Shown piece by piece: positions 9,631 to 19,026 of a stretch of DNA of 64,000 nt. The translations under genes were made by a program, and so were the position numbers. Under the pieces are notes generated by a model. It saw only the letters and a program-made list of their open reading frames with translations. It made no database searches and was not told where the DNA came from. This DNA comes from an uncultured bacterium (lineage in GTDB: Bacteria; Eisenbacteria; RBG-16-71-46). Position 1 is the stretch's first letter. Every line of letters begins with the position of its first letter. The stretch spans positions 20,066-84,065 of the forward strand of contig CAZPVG010000009.1 in assembly GCA_964589945.1 (NCBI GenBank). The letters are read 5' to 3'.

Positions 9631-10587
9631 TCAGGCGACGAATACGAAATGCTTGCCCTCCTTCAGGCCTGTTTCATCCGCACAGCGCCGCCAGCGGGCA
9701 CGCGCCTCAGGGGCCACGAACGCGAGAACGAAGGGTGCCGCATGGCGCGCGAACGCCTCGGGTGCCGGCCGGCGGGCCACCACCGCGGCGACGACCCGGT
9801 CTCCGAGCGTCTCCCGCCAGAGATCGAGGCTCGATCCGACCCCCAGCAACGTCGCCCGGCGCCCGTGCGCGAGCAGGCCGCGTTCGAGCGCGTCCGCCTT
9901 GAGCGCGACGAACCGCTCGCGCGCGTAACGCCGGTCGGTGCGGGTGGAGCTGCGCGCGTGCTGCCGCCAGCCGTAGAGCGCGCGCGGCAGCTTCGCGAAG
10001 CGGGCGCCCGATTCGAACAGCCGCAGCCAGAGGTCGAGGTCCTCCGCCCAGCCGCGCTCGTGCCAGCCGCCGACCGCCTCGAGCGGCGCTCGGCGGAGCA
10101 CGGCGGTGCCGTGCGCCAGCGGACTGTCGATCAGGCACTCGTTCCGCATGGCCTCGTGCGTGAGCAGGGCGTTGTGCCAGGCCGCCCACCGCCGCATGCC
10201 CGCGCCGTAGCCGCCCGCGGGGAAGAGGCGGACGCGCGAGCCGGCCACGTCGGTCCCCGGGTGCTCGCGCAGCCAGGCGACCTGCAGCGCGAGGCGGTCG
10301 CGGTGGGAGACGTCGTCGGCGTCGTGGCGCGCCACGAGCGGCGCACGCGCGCGCGCGAGCGCGGCGTTGAGCGCCGCCGGCAGTCCGAGCGGCGGCGTGT
10401 GGAGCACGCCCAGGCGCGGCTCGCGGTCGGCCGCCCGCTCGAGCCGCTCGCCCGATCCGTCGGTGGACCCGTCGTCCACCGCGATCACCTCGAAGTCCCG
10501 GAACGTCTGCCGCCAGAGGGATCGAAGCGCGCTGTCGAGCCAGGGCAGGGCGTTGCGGACCGGCATCAGCACGGACAGGGCAGGCAT
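9631..10587 (-). CDS. Family-2 glycosyltransferase
   Basis: N-terminal LSVLMPVRNALPWLDSALRSL…VIAVDDGSTDGS GT-A fold signature and DADD motif. Confidence 0.8.
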   Translation of the reverse strand: MPALSVLMPVRNALPWLDSALRSLWRQTFRDFEVIAVDDGSTDGSGERLERAADREPRLGVLHTPPLGLPAALNAALARARAPLVARHDADDVSHRDRLALQVAWLREHPGTDVAGSRVRLFPAGGYGAGMRRWAAWHNALLTHEAMRNECLIDSPLAHGTAVLRRAPLEAVGGWHERGWAEDLDLWLRLFESGARFAKLPRALYGWRQHARSSTRTDRRYARERFVALKADALERGLLAHGRRATLLGVGSSLDLWRETLGDRVVAAVVARRPAPEAFARHAAPFVLAFVAPEARARWRRCADETGLKEGKHFVFVA

Positions 10588-10641
10588 GCGAGCAGGCTAT
10601 CAGAGTGGCCGGGCCCTTCGCGCCGCCCGTATGCTGGGCCC

Positions 10642-12024
10642 ATGGCGGGACGGCGGCTCCTCATCCTGGGCGGCGGCTTCGGCGGCCTCGACGTGGCCCG
10701 TGCGATCGGTCGGTCGCGCGAGGCGCGGGGGTACTGGGACACGCTGCTCGTGGACAAGGAGAACTTCTTCCAGTTCAACCCGCTCCTGCCCGCCGTCGCC
10801 GTGGGCGCGGTCGAGACGCGGCACATCGTCTGGCCGCTCCGCCAGATGGCCCGTCACCGCCGCATCCGCTTCCAGAAGAACAAGGCCGAGAGAATCGATC
10901 TCGACCGCAGGATCGTGACGCTGCACAACGGGATCGAGGAGCACTGGGACACGCTCGTCGTCGCCGTGGGCAGCATGACGAACTGGTACGGCGTTCCCGG
11001 CGCCGAGGAGCACGCGCGCCCGTTCAAGACCATCGTGGACGCGATGACGCTGCGGGCCCGCGTCGTCGAGCAGTTCGAGATGGCCGAGCAGGCGCGCGAG
11101 GACGCGCAGAAGCGGCGCCTGCTCGCGTTCGTGATCGTGGGCGGCGGCGTGACGGGCGTCGAGGTCGCGGCCGAGCTGCTCGACATGACCCGCGAGACGC
11201 TGCTGCCGCGCTACCCGAGCCTGTCGGTCTCGCATCTTTCGGTCACGATCGTCGAGGGCGCCGACCGCGTCGTGCCCGCCGCGAGACCGGCGCACTCCGC
11301 GTACGTGCGGCGCCACCTCGAGACGCGCGGCGTCGGCGTGGAGACGAATGCGCGCGTGGTCCGCGTGGAGCCGCGCCGCGTGCACCTCGCCGACGGGCGC
11401 ACGTTCGAGGGGTTCACGCTGGTCTGGACGGCCGGCGTCCGGCCGCCCGCGCTCGTCACCGACCTGCCGCTGGCGAAGCACCGGGACGGCCGGCTGCTGG
11501 TGGACGAGCACCTCCACCCGCGCGGCGAGGACGGGGCCGTCCGCGACGACCTGTTCGTGATCGGCGACTGCGCGGCGGCCGAGAAGCCCGGGGGCGGAAT
11601 GCAGCCGCAGCTCTCCCAGACCGCGATCGCGATGGGCACGCACACCGGCGAGACGCTCGTGCGCGCGGCGCGCGGCCTTCCGGCGAAGCCCTTCCGTTTC
11701 CAGGACGCGGGGTACATCATCTCGCTCGGCCAGCACAGTTCCGTGCTCGAGCTGTTCGGGGTGCCGCTCTCCGGTCGCCTGGCCTGGCTCGCCTGGGCGG
11801 CCGCCTACCTCGTCAAGATGGTGGGCCTGCGCAAGCAGATCGAGGTGGGGCTGGACCACCTCACGCACCTCTTCTTCCAGCACGACACGTCGCAGATCCT
11901 CGCGCGCCGCGCGGTGCTGACCGACGACGAGCTGAACCTGACGCTCGCGGGGGGCGGGACCGACGGGGCGACCGACGGGGCGGAGCCGGGGCCCCGGCGG
12001 CCCGCCGCCGTCGCGAAGGACTGA
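10642..12024 (+). CDS. ndh: Type-II NADH:quinone oxidoreductase (NDH-2)
   Basis: MAGRRLLILGGGFGG FAD dinucleotide-binding motif and a second GGGVTGVE NAD motif, ~460 aa. Confidence 0.8.
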   Translation: MAGRRLLILGGGFGGLDVARAIGRSREARGYWDTLLVDKENFFQFNPLLPAVAVGAVETRHIVWPLRQMARHRRIRFQKNKAERIDLDRRIVTLHNGIEEHWDTLVVAVGSMTNWYGVPGAEEHARPFKTIVDAMTLRARVVEQFEMAEQAREDAQKRRLLAFVIVGGGVTGVEVAAELLDMTRETLLPRYPSLSVSHLSVTIVEGADRVVPAARPAHSAYVRRHLETRGVGVETNARVVRVEPRRVHLADGRTFEGFTLVWTAGVRPPALVTDLPLAKHRDGRLLVDEHLHPRGEDGAVRDDLFVIGDCAAAEKPGGGMQPQLSQTAIAMGTHTGETLVRAARGLPAKPFRFQDAGYIISLGQHSSVLELFGVPLSGRLAWLAWAAAYLVKMVGLRKQIEVGLDHLTHLFFQHDTSQILARRAVLTDDELNLTLAGGGTDGATDGAEPGPRRPAAVAKD

Positions 12025-12098
12025 TCGCGGCGGGGACCGGCGGGCGCGGGGCCGCTCGCGCGACCGGCGCCCCGCACCAGGGAGAACGAACGCACCTC

Positions 12099-13541
12099 AT
12101 GGAATCCTACGATCTCGTCGTCATCGGAAGCGGCCCGGGCGGACAGCGCTGCGCGGTGCAGGCCGCGAAGCTGGGCCGGAAGGTCGCGGTCGTCGAGCGC
12201 GAGCGCTCGATGGGCGGCGTCTGCATCAACACCGGGACGATCCCGAGCAAGACGATCCGCGAGGCGGTCCTCGACCTCTCCGGCATGCGCCAGCGCCGGC
12301 TCTACGGCGAGGAGTTCGCCCCGCGGCGCCGCGCGACCGCCGGGGACGTGCTGGCGCGGGCCCACCAGGTGATGACGGCCGAGCGCGAGGTCATCCGCGC
12401 GCAGCTCGAGCGCAACGGCATCCGCCTCGTCGCGGGCCACGGGCGGTTCACGGCGCCGCACACCGTGGTCGCCGAGGACGACGACGAGAGCGTGACGATG
12501 GAGGCGGCCTTCGTCGCCATCGCGGTGGGCACCGTGCCGGGTCTCCCGAAGGGCATCCAGGTGGACCACCGGACCGTGCTGACGAGCGACGACCTGCTGT
12601 CGCTGCCGGCGCTCCCCCGCCAGATGATGGTCGTCGGCGCCGGCATCATCGGGCTCGAGTACGGCAGCATGCTCGGCGCGCTCGGGGTCGAGGTCACCCT
12701 GGTGGACATGCGCACGGAGCTGCTCGAGATGGTGGACCGCGAGATCGTGGAGGCGTTCTCCTACCACGCCCGCGAGATGGGGCTCACGTTCCGCCTTGGC
12801 GAGGAGGTCGAGCGCATCGAGCCCGGCGCGAACGGCCAGGCGGTGGTGACGATGAAGAGCGGCAAGAGGACCGTCGCCGAGACCGTGCTGGTCTCCGCGG
12901 GCCGGCAGGGGGCGACCGCGGACCTCGGGCTCGAGAAGGCCGGGCTCGAAGCGGACGCGCGCGGCCGCCTCGCGGTGGACGGGCATTTCCGGACGAAGGC
13001 GCCGCACGTCTACGCGGTCGGGGACGTCATCGGCTACCCGGCGCTCGCCTCGACGAGCTCCGAGCAGGGCCGCCACGCGGCCTGCCACATGTTCGGCGTC
13101 GAGACGCGCGACGTCTCCGCGCTCTTCCCGTTCGGCATCTACGGCATTCCCGAGATCGGCTGGGTCGGCGCGACCGAGGCGGACCTCACGAAGCGCGGCG
13201 TGCCGTACGAGACCGGCGTCGCGCGCTACCGCGAGATCGCCCGAGGACAGATCCTCGGGGACCCGGACGGCATGTTGAAGCTGATCTTCCACATCGACAC
13301 CCGGAAGATCCTCGGCGTATGGTGCCTCGGGACGCAGGCGACGGAGCTCGTGCACATCGGCCAGGCGGTCATGTCGCTCGAGGGCACGCTCGACTACTTC
13401 CTCAACACGGTCTTCAACTACCCGACGCTCGCCGAGTGCTACAAGGTGGCCGCGCTCGACGGCTTCAACAAGGTCCGCGCCCTGGGTGAAGCTGCTCCGG
13501 GACTCGCGGCGACCCCGGCCACGAAGAACCGGACACCATGA
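12099..13541 (+). CDS. sthA: Soluble pyridine nucleotide transhydrogenase / class-I pyridine nucleotide-disulfide oxidoreductase
   Basis: YDLVVIGSGPGG, GGVCINTGTIPSK, GAGIIGLEYGS and a C-terminal dimerisation domain. GGAGAA ribosome-binding site upstream. Confidence 0.75.
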   Translation: MESYDLVVIGSGPGGQRCAVQAAKLGRKVAVVERERSMGGVCINTGTIPSKTIREAVLDLSGMRQRRLYGEEFAPRRRATAGDVLARAHQVMTAEREVIRAQLERNGIRLVAGHGRFTAPHTVVAEDDDESVTMEAAFVAIAVGTVPGLPKGIQVDHRTVLTSDDLLSLPALPRQMMVVGAGIIGLEYGSMLGALGVEVTLVDMRTELLEMVDREIVEAFSYHAREMGLTFRLGEEVERIEPGANGQAVVTMKSGKRTVAETVLVSAGRQGATADLGLEKAGLEADARGRLAVDGHFRTKAPHVYAVGDVIGYPALASTSSEQGRHAACHMFGVETRDVSALFPFGIYGIPEIGWVGATEADLTKRGVPYETGVARYREIARGQILGDPDGMLKLIFHIDTRKILGVWCLGTQATELVHIGQAVMSLEGTLDYFLNTVFNYPTLAECYKVAALDGFNKVRALGEAAPGLAATPATKNRTP

Positions 13542-13957
13542 GAACCGAGGGAACACTCCACCTGCAGTCGGTCGAGGGAACGGGCCTCCGCTTCGAGGCC
13601 CGTTTTCCCAAATTCAGCTTCACCGTGGACAGCGGCCCCGACGCCGTCGCGCCCGGCCCGATGGTAAACCTGCTCACCGCGATCGCCGCTTGCGGCGCGA
13701 TGGACGTCATCAGCATCCTGCGCAAGAAGCGCCTCGAGGTCACGGGCTACGAGGTCGCGATGGAAGGCGAGCGGGCCGAGACGCACCCGAAGCGCTACAC
13801 CTCGGTGACCCTCGTGCACCGCGTCACGGGCCGGAACGTGCCGCTGGACGCCGTCGAGCACGCCGTACGCAAGAGCGCGGAGAAGTACTGCTCGGTCCGG
13901 CACACGCTCGACCCGGCCATGCCCGTCACGGAGCGCTGCGAGGTGATCGAGGCCTGA
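13538..13957 (+). CDS. OsmC/Ohr-family peroxiredoxin
   Basis: 139 aa. Its ATGA start overlaps the sthA stop. OsmC-like Cys pair (AACGAMDV … KYCSVRHTL). Confidence 0.75.
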   Translation: MRTEGTLHLQSVEGTGLRFEARFPKFSFTVDSGPDAVAPGPMVNLLTAIAACGAMDVISILRKKRLEVTGYEVAMEGERAETHPKRYTSVTLVHRVTGRNVPLDAVEHAVRKSAEKYCSVRHTLDPAMPVTERCEVIEA

Positions 13958-14079
13958 GGGGTGTCCGTGCCCGCCCGGGCCGACTTGTGTAGCATCCGGC
14001 CGGGCGTCCCCGCGACGCCCGGCTTCGACCTTTCGCGCGAAAGTCCCGGCGCGCGACGCGCGCCTTCCAGGAGCCTGTC

Positions 14080-15480
14080 ATGCCCGAATATCGAACCGAA
14101 AAGGACAGCCTCGGCGAGATGAAGGTGCCCGCCGCGGCGCGCTACGGCCCGCAGACGCAGCGGGCCGTCGAGAACTTCCCCGTGTCGGGCCGGCCGATGC
14201 CGCCGGCGTTCATCCACACGCTCGGACTCATCAAGGTGGCCGCCGCGCGCGTCAACGCCCGGCTCGGCACGGTCGCGCCCGACGTCACGAAGGCGATCGA
14301 GGAGGCCGCGCTCGAGGTCGCGGGCGGGAAGTGGGACGCCGAGTTCCCGATCGACGTCTTCCAGACCGGGAGCGGCACGTCGTCGAACATGAACGCCAAC
14401 GAGGTCGTGGCGCACCGCGCGAGCGAGATCCTCGGGCGCAGGGTGCACCCGAACGACCACGTGAACTTCGGCCAGAGCAGCAACGACGTGATCCCGACCG
14501 CGCTGCACGTCTCGGCCGTGCTCGAGATCGAGCGTGAGCTGCTGCCGGCGCTCGCGGGCCTGTGGCAGGTGCTCGACGCCAAGGCGAAGGAGTTCCACGA
14601 CGTACTGAAGACGGGCCGCACGCACCTCATGGACGCGACGCCCATCCGTCTCGGCCAGGAGTTCTCGGGCTACGCCTCGCAGGTCCAGCACGGCATCGCC
14701 CGCGTCAAGGCCACGCTGCCCGACCTGCTCGAGCTCGCGATCGGCGGTACGGCCGTCGGCACGGGGCTCAACACGCATCCGGAGTTCGGGCGCCAGGTGG
14801 CGGCTGAGCTCTCGAAGCTCACCGGCCAGCGGTTCGTCGAGGCCCCGAACCACTTCGAGGCCCAGGGGGCCCAGGACGGGGCCTGCTGGGCGAGCGGCGC
14901 GCTGAACTCGGTCGCGGCGAGCCTGATGAAGATCGCGAACGACGTGCGCCTCATGAACAGCGGCCCGCGCTGCGGCCTCGGCGAGGTCTCGCTGCCCGCG
15001 ATCCAGCCGGGCTCGAGCATCATGCCCGGCAAGGTGAACCCGGTCCTCTGCGAGTCCGTCGTGCAGGTGGGCGCGCAGGTGATGGGCAACCACCTCGCGA
15101 TCACGGTCGGCGCGCAGTGGGGCCAGCTCGACCTGAACGTCATGCTCCCGCTCATCGCGCGCAACCTGCTGGAGAGCATCCACCTGCTCGCGGCGGTCTC
15201 GCGGGTGTTCGCCGACAAGGGCCTGCGCGGCCTCGTCGCGAACGCGGAGACCTGCGCGGGCTACATCGAGATCTCGCCGAGCATGGCGACGGCGCTGAAC
15301 CCGCTGATCGGCTACGACAAGGCGGCCGAGATCGCGAAGCGCTCGTTCAAGGAGCGCCGCCCCGTTCGCGAGCTCGCGCGCGAGATGACGTCGCTCGCGC
15401 CCGCGGAGATCGACGCCGCGCTCGACCCCACGCGGCAGACGAAGCCGGGGTTCGAAGCGGGGGGCGGGGCCGGAGGCTGA
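14080..15480 (+). CDS. fumC: Fumarate hydratase class II
   Basis: GSSIMPGKVNPV signature, TGSGTSSNMNANEV, 466 aa. Confidence 0.85.
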   Translation: MPEYRTEKDSLGEMKVPAAARYGPQTQRAVENFPVSGRPMPPAFIHTLGLIKVAAARVNARLGTVAPDVTKAIEEAALEVAGGKWDAEFPIDVFQTGSGTSSNMNANEVVAHRASEILGRRVHPNDHVNFGQSSNDVIPTALHVSAVLEIERELLPALAGLWQVLDAKAKEFHDVLKTGRTHLMDATPIRLGQEFSGYASQVQHGIARVKATLPDLLELAIGGTAVGTGLNTHPEFGRQVAAELSKLTGQRFVEAPNHFEAQGAQDGACWASGALNSVAASLMKIANDVRLMNSGPRCGLGEVSLPAIQPGSSIMPGKVNPVLCESVVQVGAQVMGNHLAITVGAQWGQLDLNVMLPLIARNLLESIHLLAAVSRVFADKGLRGLVANAETCAGYIEISPSMATALNPLIGYDKAAEIAKRSFKERRPVRELAREMTSLAPAEIDAALDPTRQTKPGFEAGGGAGG

Positions 15481-15485
15481 GTCCC

Positions 15486-16481
15486 GTGACGTCCTGGGTC
15501 GCCGCGCACGGGCTGCCGGCGCACGAGACGCTCGCCGCACGCTTCTCCGAGGCGCGCGGCCGCGTCGCCGAGGCGGCCCATCGCACGCCGGTCGCCACCT
15601 CGCGCTCGCTGGACCACCGGTTCGGCGCGCGCTTCTTCTTCAAGTGCGAGAACCTGCAGCGCATGGGCGCCTTCAAGTTCCGCGGCGCCTGGAACCTCGT
15701 CGCGCAGCTGCCGGAAGGGGCGCGGGCGCGAGGCCTCGTCGCCTACTCCTCGGGCAACCACGCGCAGGCGGTGGCGCTCGTCGCGCGCGAGTTCGGGATT
15801 CCGGCCGTGATCGTCATGCCCAGCACGGCGCCGCGGGTGAAGCTCGAGGCCGTGCGCGGCTACGGGGCCGAGATCGTGCACTACGACCGGCTCGGCGAGA
15901 CGCGCGAGGATCTCGCGGCTCGGCTCTCGGGCGAGCGCGGCCTCGTGCTCGTGCCGCCGTTCGACCATCCCGACATCGTGCTGGGCCAGGGCACGGCCGC
16001 CGCCGAGCTGCTCGAGGACGCCGGGCCGCTCGACCTGCTGCTCGTGCCGCTCGGCGGCGGCGGGCTGCTCTCGGGCTGCTCGCTCGCGGCGAACCTGCTC
16101 GCGCCCGGCTGCCGCGTCGTCGGTGTCGAGCCGGAGGCCGGGGACGACGGAGCGCGCTCGTTCCGCAGCGGCCGCCTCGAGCGGGCCGCGAACCCGGGCG
16201 CGACGATCGCCGACGGGGCCCGCACTCCGAGCCTGAGCGAGCTGACGCTGGGGCTCGTGCGCCGCTACGCGCACGACGTCGTCACGGTCTCCGACACCGA
16301 GCTGCTCGCCGCCCTGCGCCCGCTCTGGGAGCGGCTCAAGCTCGTCGTCGAGCCGACGGGGGCGCTGGGCTTCGCGGCCGCCGCGGCGGGCCGCGTCGAG
16401 GCGGCCGGCCGCCGCGTCGGCGTCGTGATCTCGGGCGGCAACGCCGACCTGGAGGCCGTGATCGCCGCGATGCGCGCCTGA
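15486..16481 (+). CDS. PLP-dependent threonine/serine dehydratase family enzyme
   Basis: FFFKCENLQRMGAFKFRGA PLP-lysine motif and a GGGGLLSG glycine loop. GTG start 5 nt after the fumC stop. Confidence 0.75.
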   Translation: MTSWVAAHGLPAHETLAARFSEARGRVAEAAHRTPVATSRSLDHRFGARFFFKCENLQRMGAFKFRGAWNLVAQLPEGARARGLVAYSSGNHAQAVALVAREFGIPAVIVMPSTAPRVKLEAVRGYGAEIVHYDRLGETREDLAARLSGERGLVLVPPFDHPDIVLGQGTAAAELLEDAGPLDLLLVPLGGGGLLSGCSLAANLLAPGCRVVGVEPEAGDDGARSFRSGRLERAANPGATIADGARTPSLSELTLGLVRRYAHDVVTVSDTELLAALRPLWERLKLVVEPTGALGFAAAAAGRVEAAGRRVGVVISGGNADLEAVIAAMRA

Positions 16482-16491
16482 GGCCGGCGGG

Positions 16492-17709
16492 CTACATCCC
16501 CGGGACGCCCGCCTCGGCGAGCGCGTCGCGCAGGTCCTCCTCGGGGTGCAGGCCGACCAGCGAGCGGACGATGCGCCCGTCGCGCCCGACGACCACCGTG
16601 AGGGGGATGGAACTCGCGCCGTACGCGGTGCTCGCCGCGCCCTCGGCGTCAAGCAGCACCGGGACCTGGACGTTCTGCTCCTGGACGTACTTGCGCACCC
16701 GGGGCTCGGGCTCGTGCGCGTTCACCGCGTAGAACACGACGCCGGGTCCGGCCGCCTCCTTCTCGAGCTTCGCGACGATGGGCATCCACCGGCGGCACGG
16801 CCCGCACCACGTGGCCCAGAAGTCGAGCACGACGACCTTGCCACGGAGGTCCGAGAGCCGGACCTTGCGTCCGCCGCCGTCGAGCACCGCCAGCGTGAAG
16901 TCGGGCGCCGGCTTGCCGGTGTCGTTCCGGTCGTTCGCCATCGTCGGGGCGAGGCGCCGCACGCGGCGAGAGCCCGGGGGCGGCTCGAAACGGAACTGCG
17001 AGTCGGGCCCGGCGGAGCGCAGGTCCGCGACGACGTAGCGCACTTCCTGGACCTGGCGCACCTGCCCGTACCGCGGGTGCAGGATCTCGACCGTGCTCGA
17101 GTCGCGCAGGAGCGCGCGCCGGGCCGCGTCGATCCACAGCACGCGCGGCAGCACGCGCTCGGCCGTCGAGTCGCCGAACACGTAGGTCGCCTCGACGCGC
17201 CGGCAGCGCACGGGACCGGTGGCGGTCCGCACCGTGTCGTCGCCGAGCCAGCGGGCCTTCTCGAGTCCCGTGGTCAGGTTCGCGGCCAGTGCGAGCACGG
17301 GATCGAGGGCCCGGGAGACCGAATCCGCCTCCGCGCCGAAGCGCAGGACGGGCGCCTTCTGGACGACGTACTGCTGCAGCGACGGCGCCGAGACCCAGAG
17401 CGACCCTCCGTCGGCCAGGACGGTCGTGGGCATGAACGGGTTCTGCGTCTCGTTGAGCAGCTTCCCGGGGCGCACCGCGGCGTAGCGGAACGGCACCTCG
17501 AGCAACTGCGGACGCTGGAGCCGGGCGCCGGTGGCCTCCATCCGGATCAGGCCCTCGAAGTGGTAGCGGGCGAGCCGGCCGTAGCCGGCCGCGACCGAGT
17601 CCACGAAGGCGCGCGCGTCGCCCTTCGTGGCGGCGTCCGCCGGCGCGACGGCCAGCAGGACCAGCGCCGCGGCCGCCGCGGCGCGTCCCAGACCGGGGGC
17701 CCGGCTCAG
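16492..17709 (-). CDS. Periplasmic TlpA-like thiol:disulfide oxidoreductase fused to an N-terminal domain of unknown function; start codon unresolved
   Basis: C-terminal 150 aa thioredoxin fold with WATWCGPC. In-frame upstream ~250 aa preceded by a signal-peptide-like AAAAAALVLLAVAPADA. No ATG/GTG/TTG lies 5' of the signal peptide. CTG at 17709 or an internal start at 16941 (MANDRND) are alternatives. Confidence 0.6.
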   Translation of the reverse strand: MSRAPGLGRAAAAAALVLLAVAPADAATKGDARAFVDSVAAGYGRLARYHFEGLIRMEATGARLQRPQLLEVPFRYAAVRPGKLLNETQNPFMPTTVLADGGSLWVSAPSLQQYVVQKAPVLRFGAEADSVSRALDPVLALAANLTTGLEKARWLGDDTVRTATGPVRCRRVEATYVFGDSTAERVLPRVLWIDAARRALLRDSSTVEILHPRYGQVRQVQEVRYVVADLRSAGPDSQFRFEPPPGSRRVRRLAPTMANDRNDTGKPAPDFTLAVLDGGGRKVRLSDLRGKVVVLDFWATWCGPCRRWMPIVAKLEKEAAGPGVVFYAVNAHEPEPRVRKYVQEQNVQVPVLLDAEGAASTAYGASSIPLTVVVGRDGRIVRSLVGLHPEEDLRDALAEAGVPGM

Positions 17710-18857
17710 GAACCGGCTCCGCGCTGCGCGACCATCTCGCGGCGGCGCGACTCGAGGGTTGCGAGCAGGTCGTCGTAGGACTTCGCGAACGCCTTCACGC
17801 CCTCCTCCTCGAGCTGCCCGATCAGCTCCTCGGCGGGAACGCCCAGCGCGGCCAGCCGGCCGAACAGCGCGCGCGCTTCGTCCAGGCCGTGGTGGATGCG
17901 GCTCTCGACGACGCCGTGGTCGTTGAACGCGTCGAGCGTCGCGGGCGGCAGCGTGTTCACCGTGTCGGGGCCGATCAGCTCCTCGACGTAGAGCACGTCG
18001 CGGTACGCGGGGTTCTTCGTGCTCGTCGAGGCCCAGAGCGGCCGCTGCACGTTCGCGCCCTTCGCCTGCAGCGCCGCGAAGCGCTGGCCGCCGAAGACGC
18101 GCTCGAACTCGGCATAGGCCAGCCGGGCGTTCGCGACGGCCGCCTTCCCGCGGAGCGATTCGAGCTTCGAGCGCCCGGTCGCGCCGGCGGGAAGCGAGGC
18201 GAGCCGCTGCTCGATCGCGCCGTCCACCTTCGTGTCCACTCGCGAGACGAAGAACGAGGCGACCGACCGCACCCTGGAGGCGTCGCCGCCCGCGGCCACG
18301 AGCTGCTCGAGGCCGGCGAGGTAGGCGTCCATCACCTCGCGGTAGCGCGCGAGCGAGAAGATGAGCGTGACGTTGATGCTGAGCCCGGCCGCGATGGACG
18401 ACGTGATCGCCGGCAGGCCCTCCTTCGTCGCCGGGATCTTCACCATGAGGTTCGGCCGATCCACGGCGCCGGCGAGCCGCTTCGCCGCGGCGACGGTCCC
18501 GGGACCGTCGTGCGCGAGGTGCGGGTTCACCTCGATGCTCACGCGCCCGTCGAGCCCCCGCGAGGACTCGAACACCCCGCGCAGCCGGTCGCAGGCGCCG
18601 CGGATGTCCTCGATCGCGAGGGATTCGAACAGGGGCTCGCCGGAGAGGCCGGCCGCGACGCCGGCAGCGATGGCCGTGTCGTAGTCGTCGCTCTTGCCGA
18701 TCGCGTGCTGGAAGATCGTCGGGTTCGAGGTCACGCCGACGACGCCGGCATCCTTCACCAGGGCGTCGAACTCGCCGGAGAGGAGGTGGCCGCGGCGGAT
18801 GAAGTCGAGCCACACGCTCTGGCCGAGCGTGAGCAACTGCTGCGCGCGACTGGACAT
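17706..18857 (-). CDS. tal: Transaldolase
   Basis: MSSRAQQLLTLGQSVWLDFIRR N-terminus and NPTIF…VKIPAT (Schiff-base Lys region). AGGAGC ribosome-binding site. The first 54 codons of the listed ORF are an N-terminal extension. Confidence 0.85.
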   Translation of the reverse strand: MSSRAQQLLTLGQSVWLDFIRRGHLLSGEFDALVKDAGVVGVTSNPTIFQHAIGKSDDYDTAIAAGVAAGLSGEPLFESLAIEDIRGACDRLRGVFESSRGLDGRVSIEVNPHLAHDGPGTVAAAKRLAGAVDRPNLMVKIPATKEGLPAITSSIAAGLSINVTLIFSLARYREVMDAYLAGLEQLVAAGGDASRVRSVASFFVSRVDTKVDGAIEQRLASLPAGATGRSKLESLRGKAAVANARLAYAEFERVFGGQRFAALQAKGANVQRPLWASTSTKNPAYRDVLYVEELIGPDTVNTLPPATLDAFNDHGVVESRIHHGLDEARALFGRLAALGVPAEELIGQLEEEGVKAFAKSYDDLLATLESRRREMVAQRGAGS

Positions 18858-19026
18858 GCTGGAGGCTCCTTGAGCGGGAAACGTGGGGTGGCGTGCGCGG
18901 CCCGGCGAAACGCGTCCGGCGGGGAGGGTCCAGTGGATTCGGTCGGGACCGGCGGATCGCGGGAAACCTGCCCGCGCCGCGCCTTTCCCCGCGAAGATGC
19001 CCCGGGCCGCGACGGGGCGCAAGCCC

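Noticed and set aside
16492-18813. 773-aa minus-strand ORF as one protein
   Set aside because: Its N-terminal 370 codons lie over tal in a different frame and are low-complexity. The real gene begins at the signal peptide near 17709.
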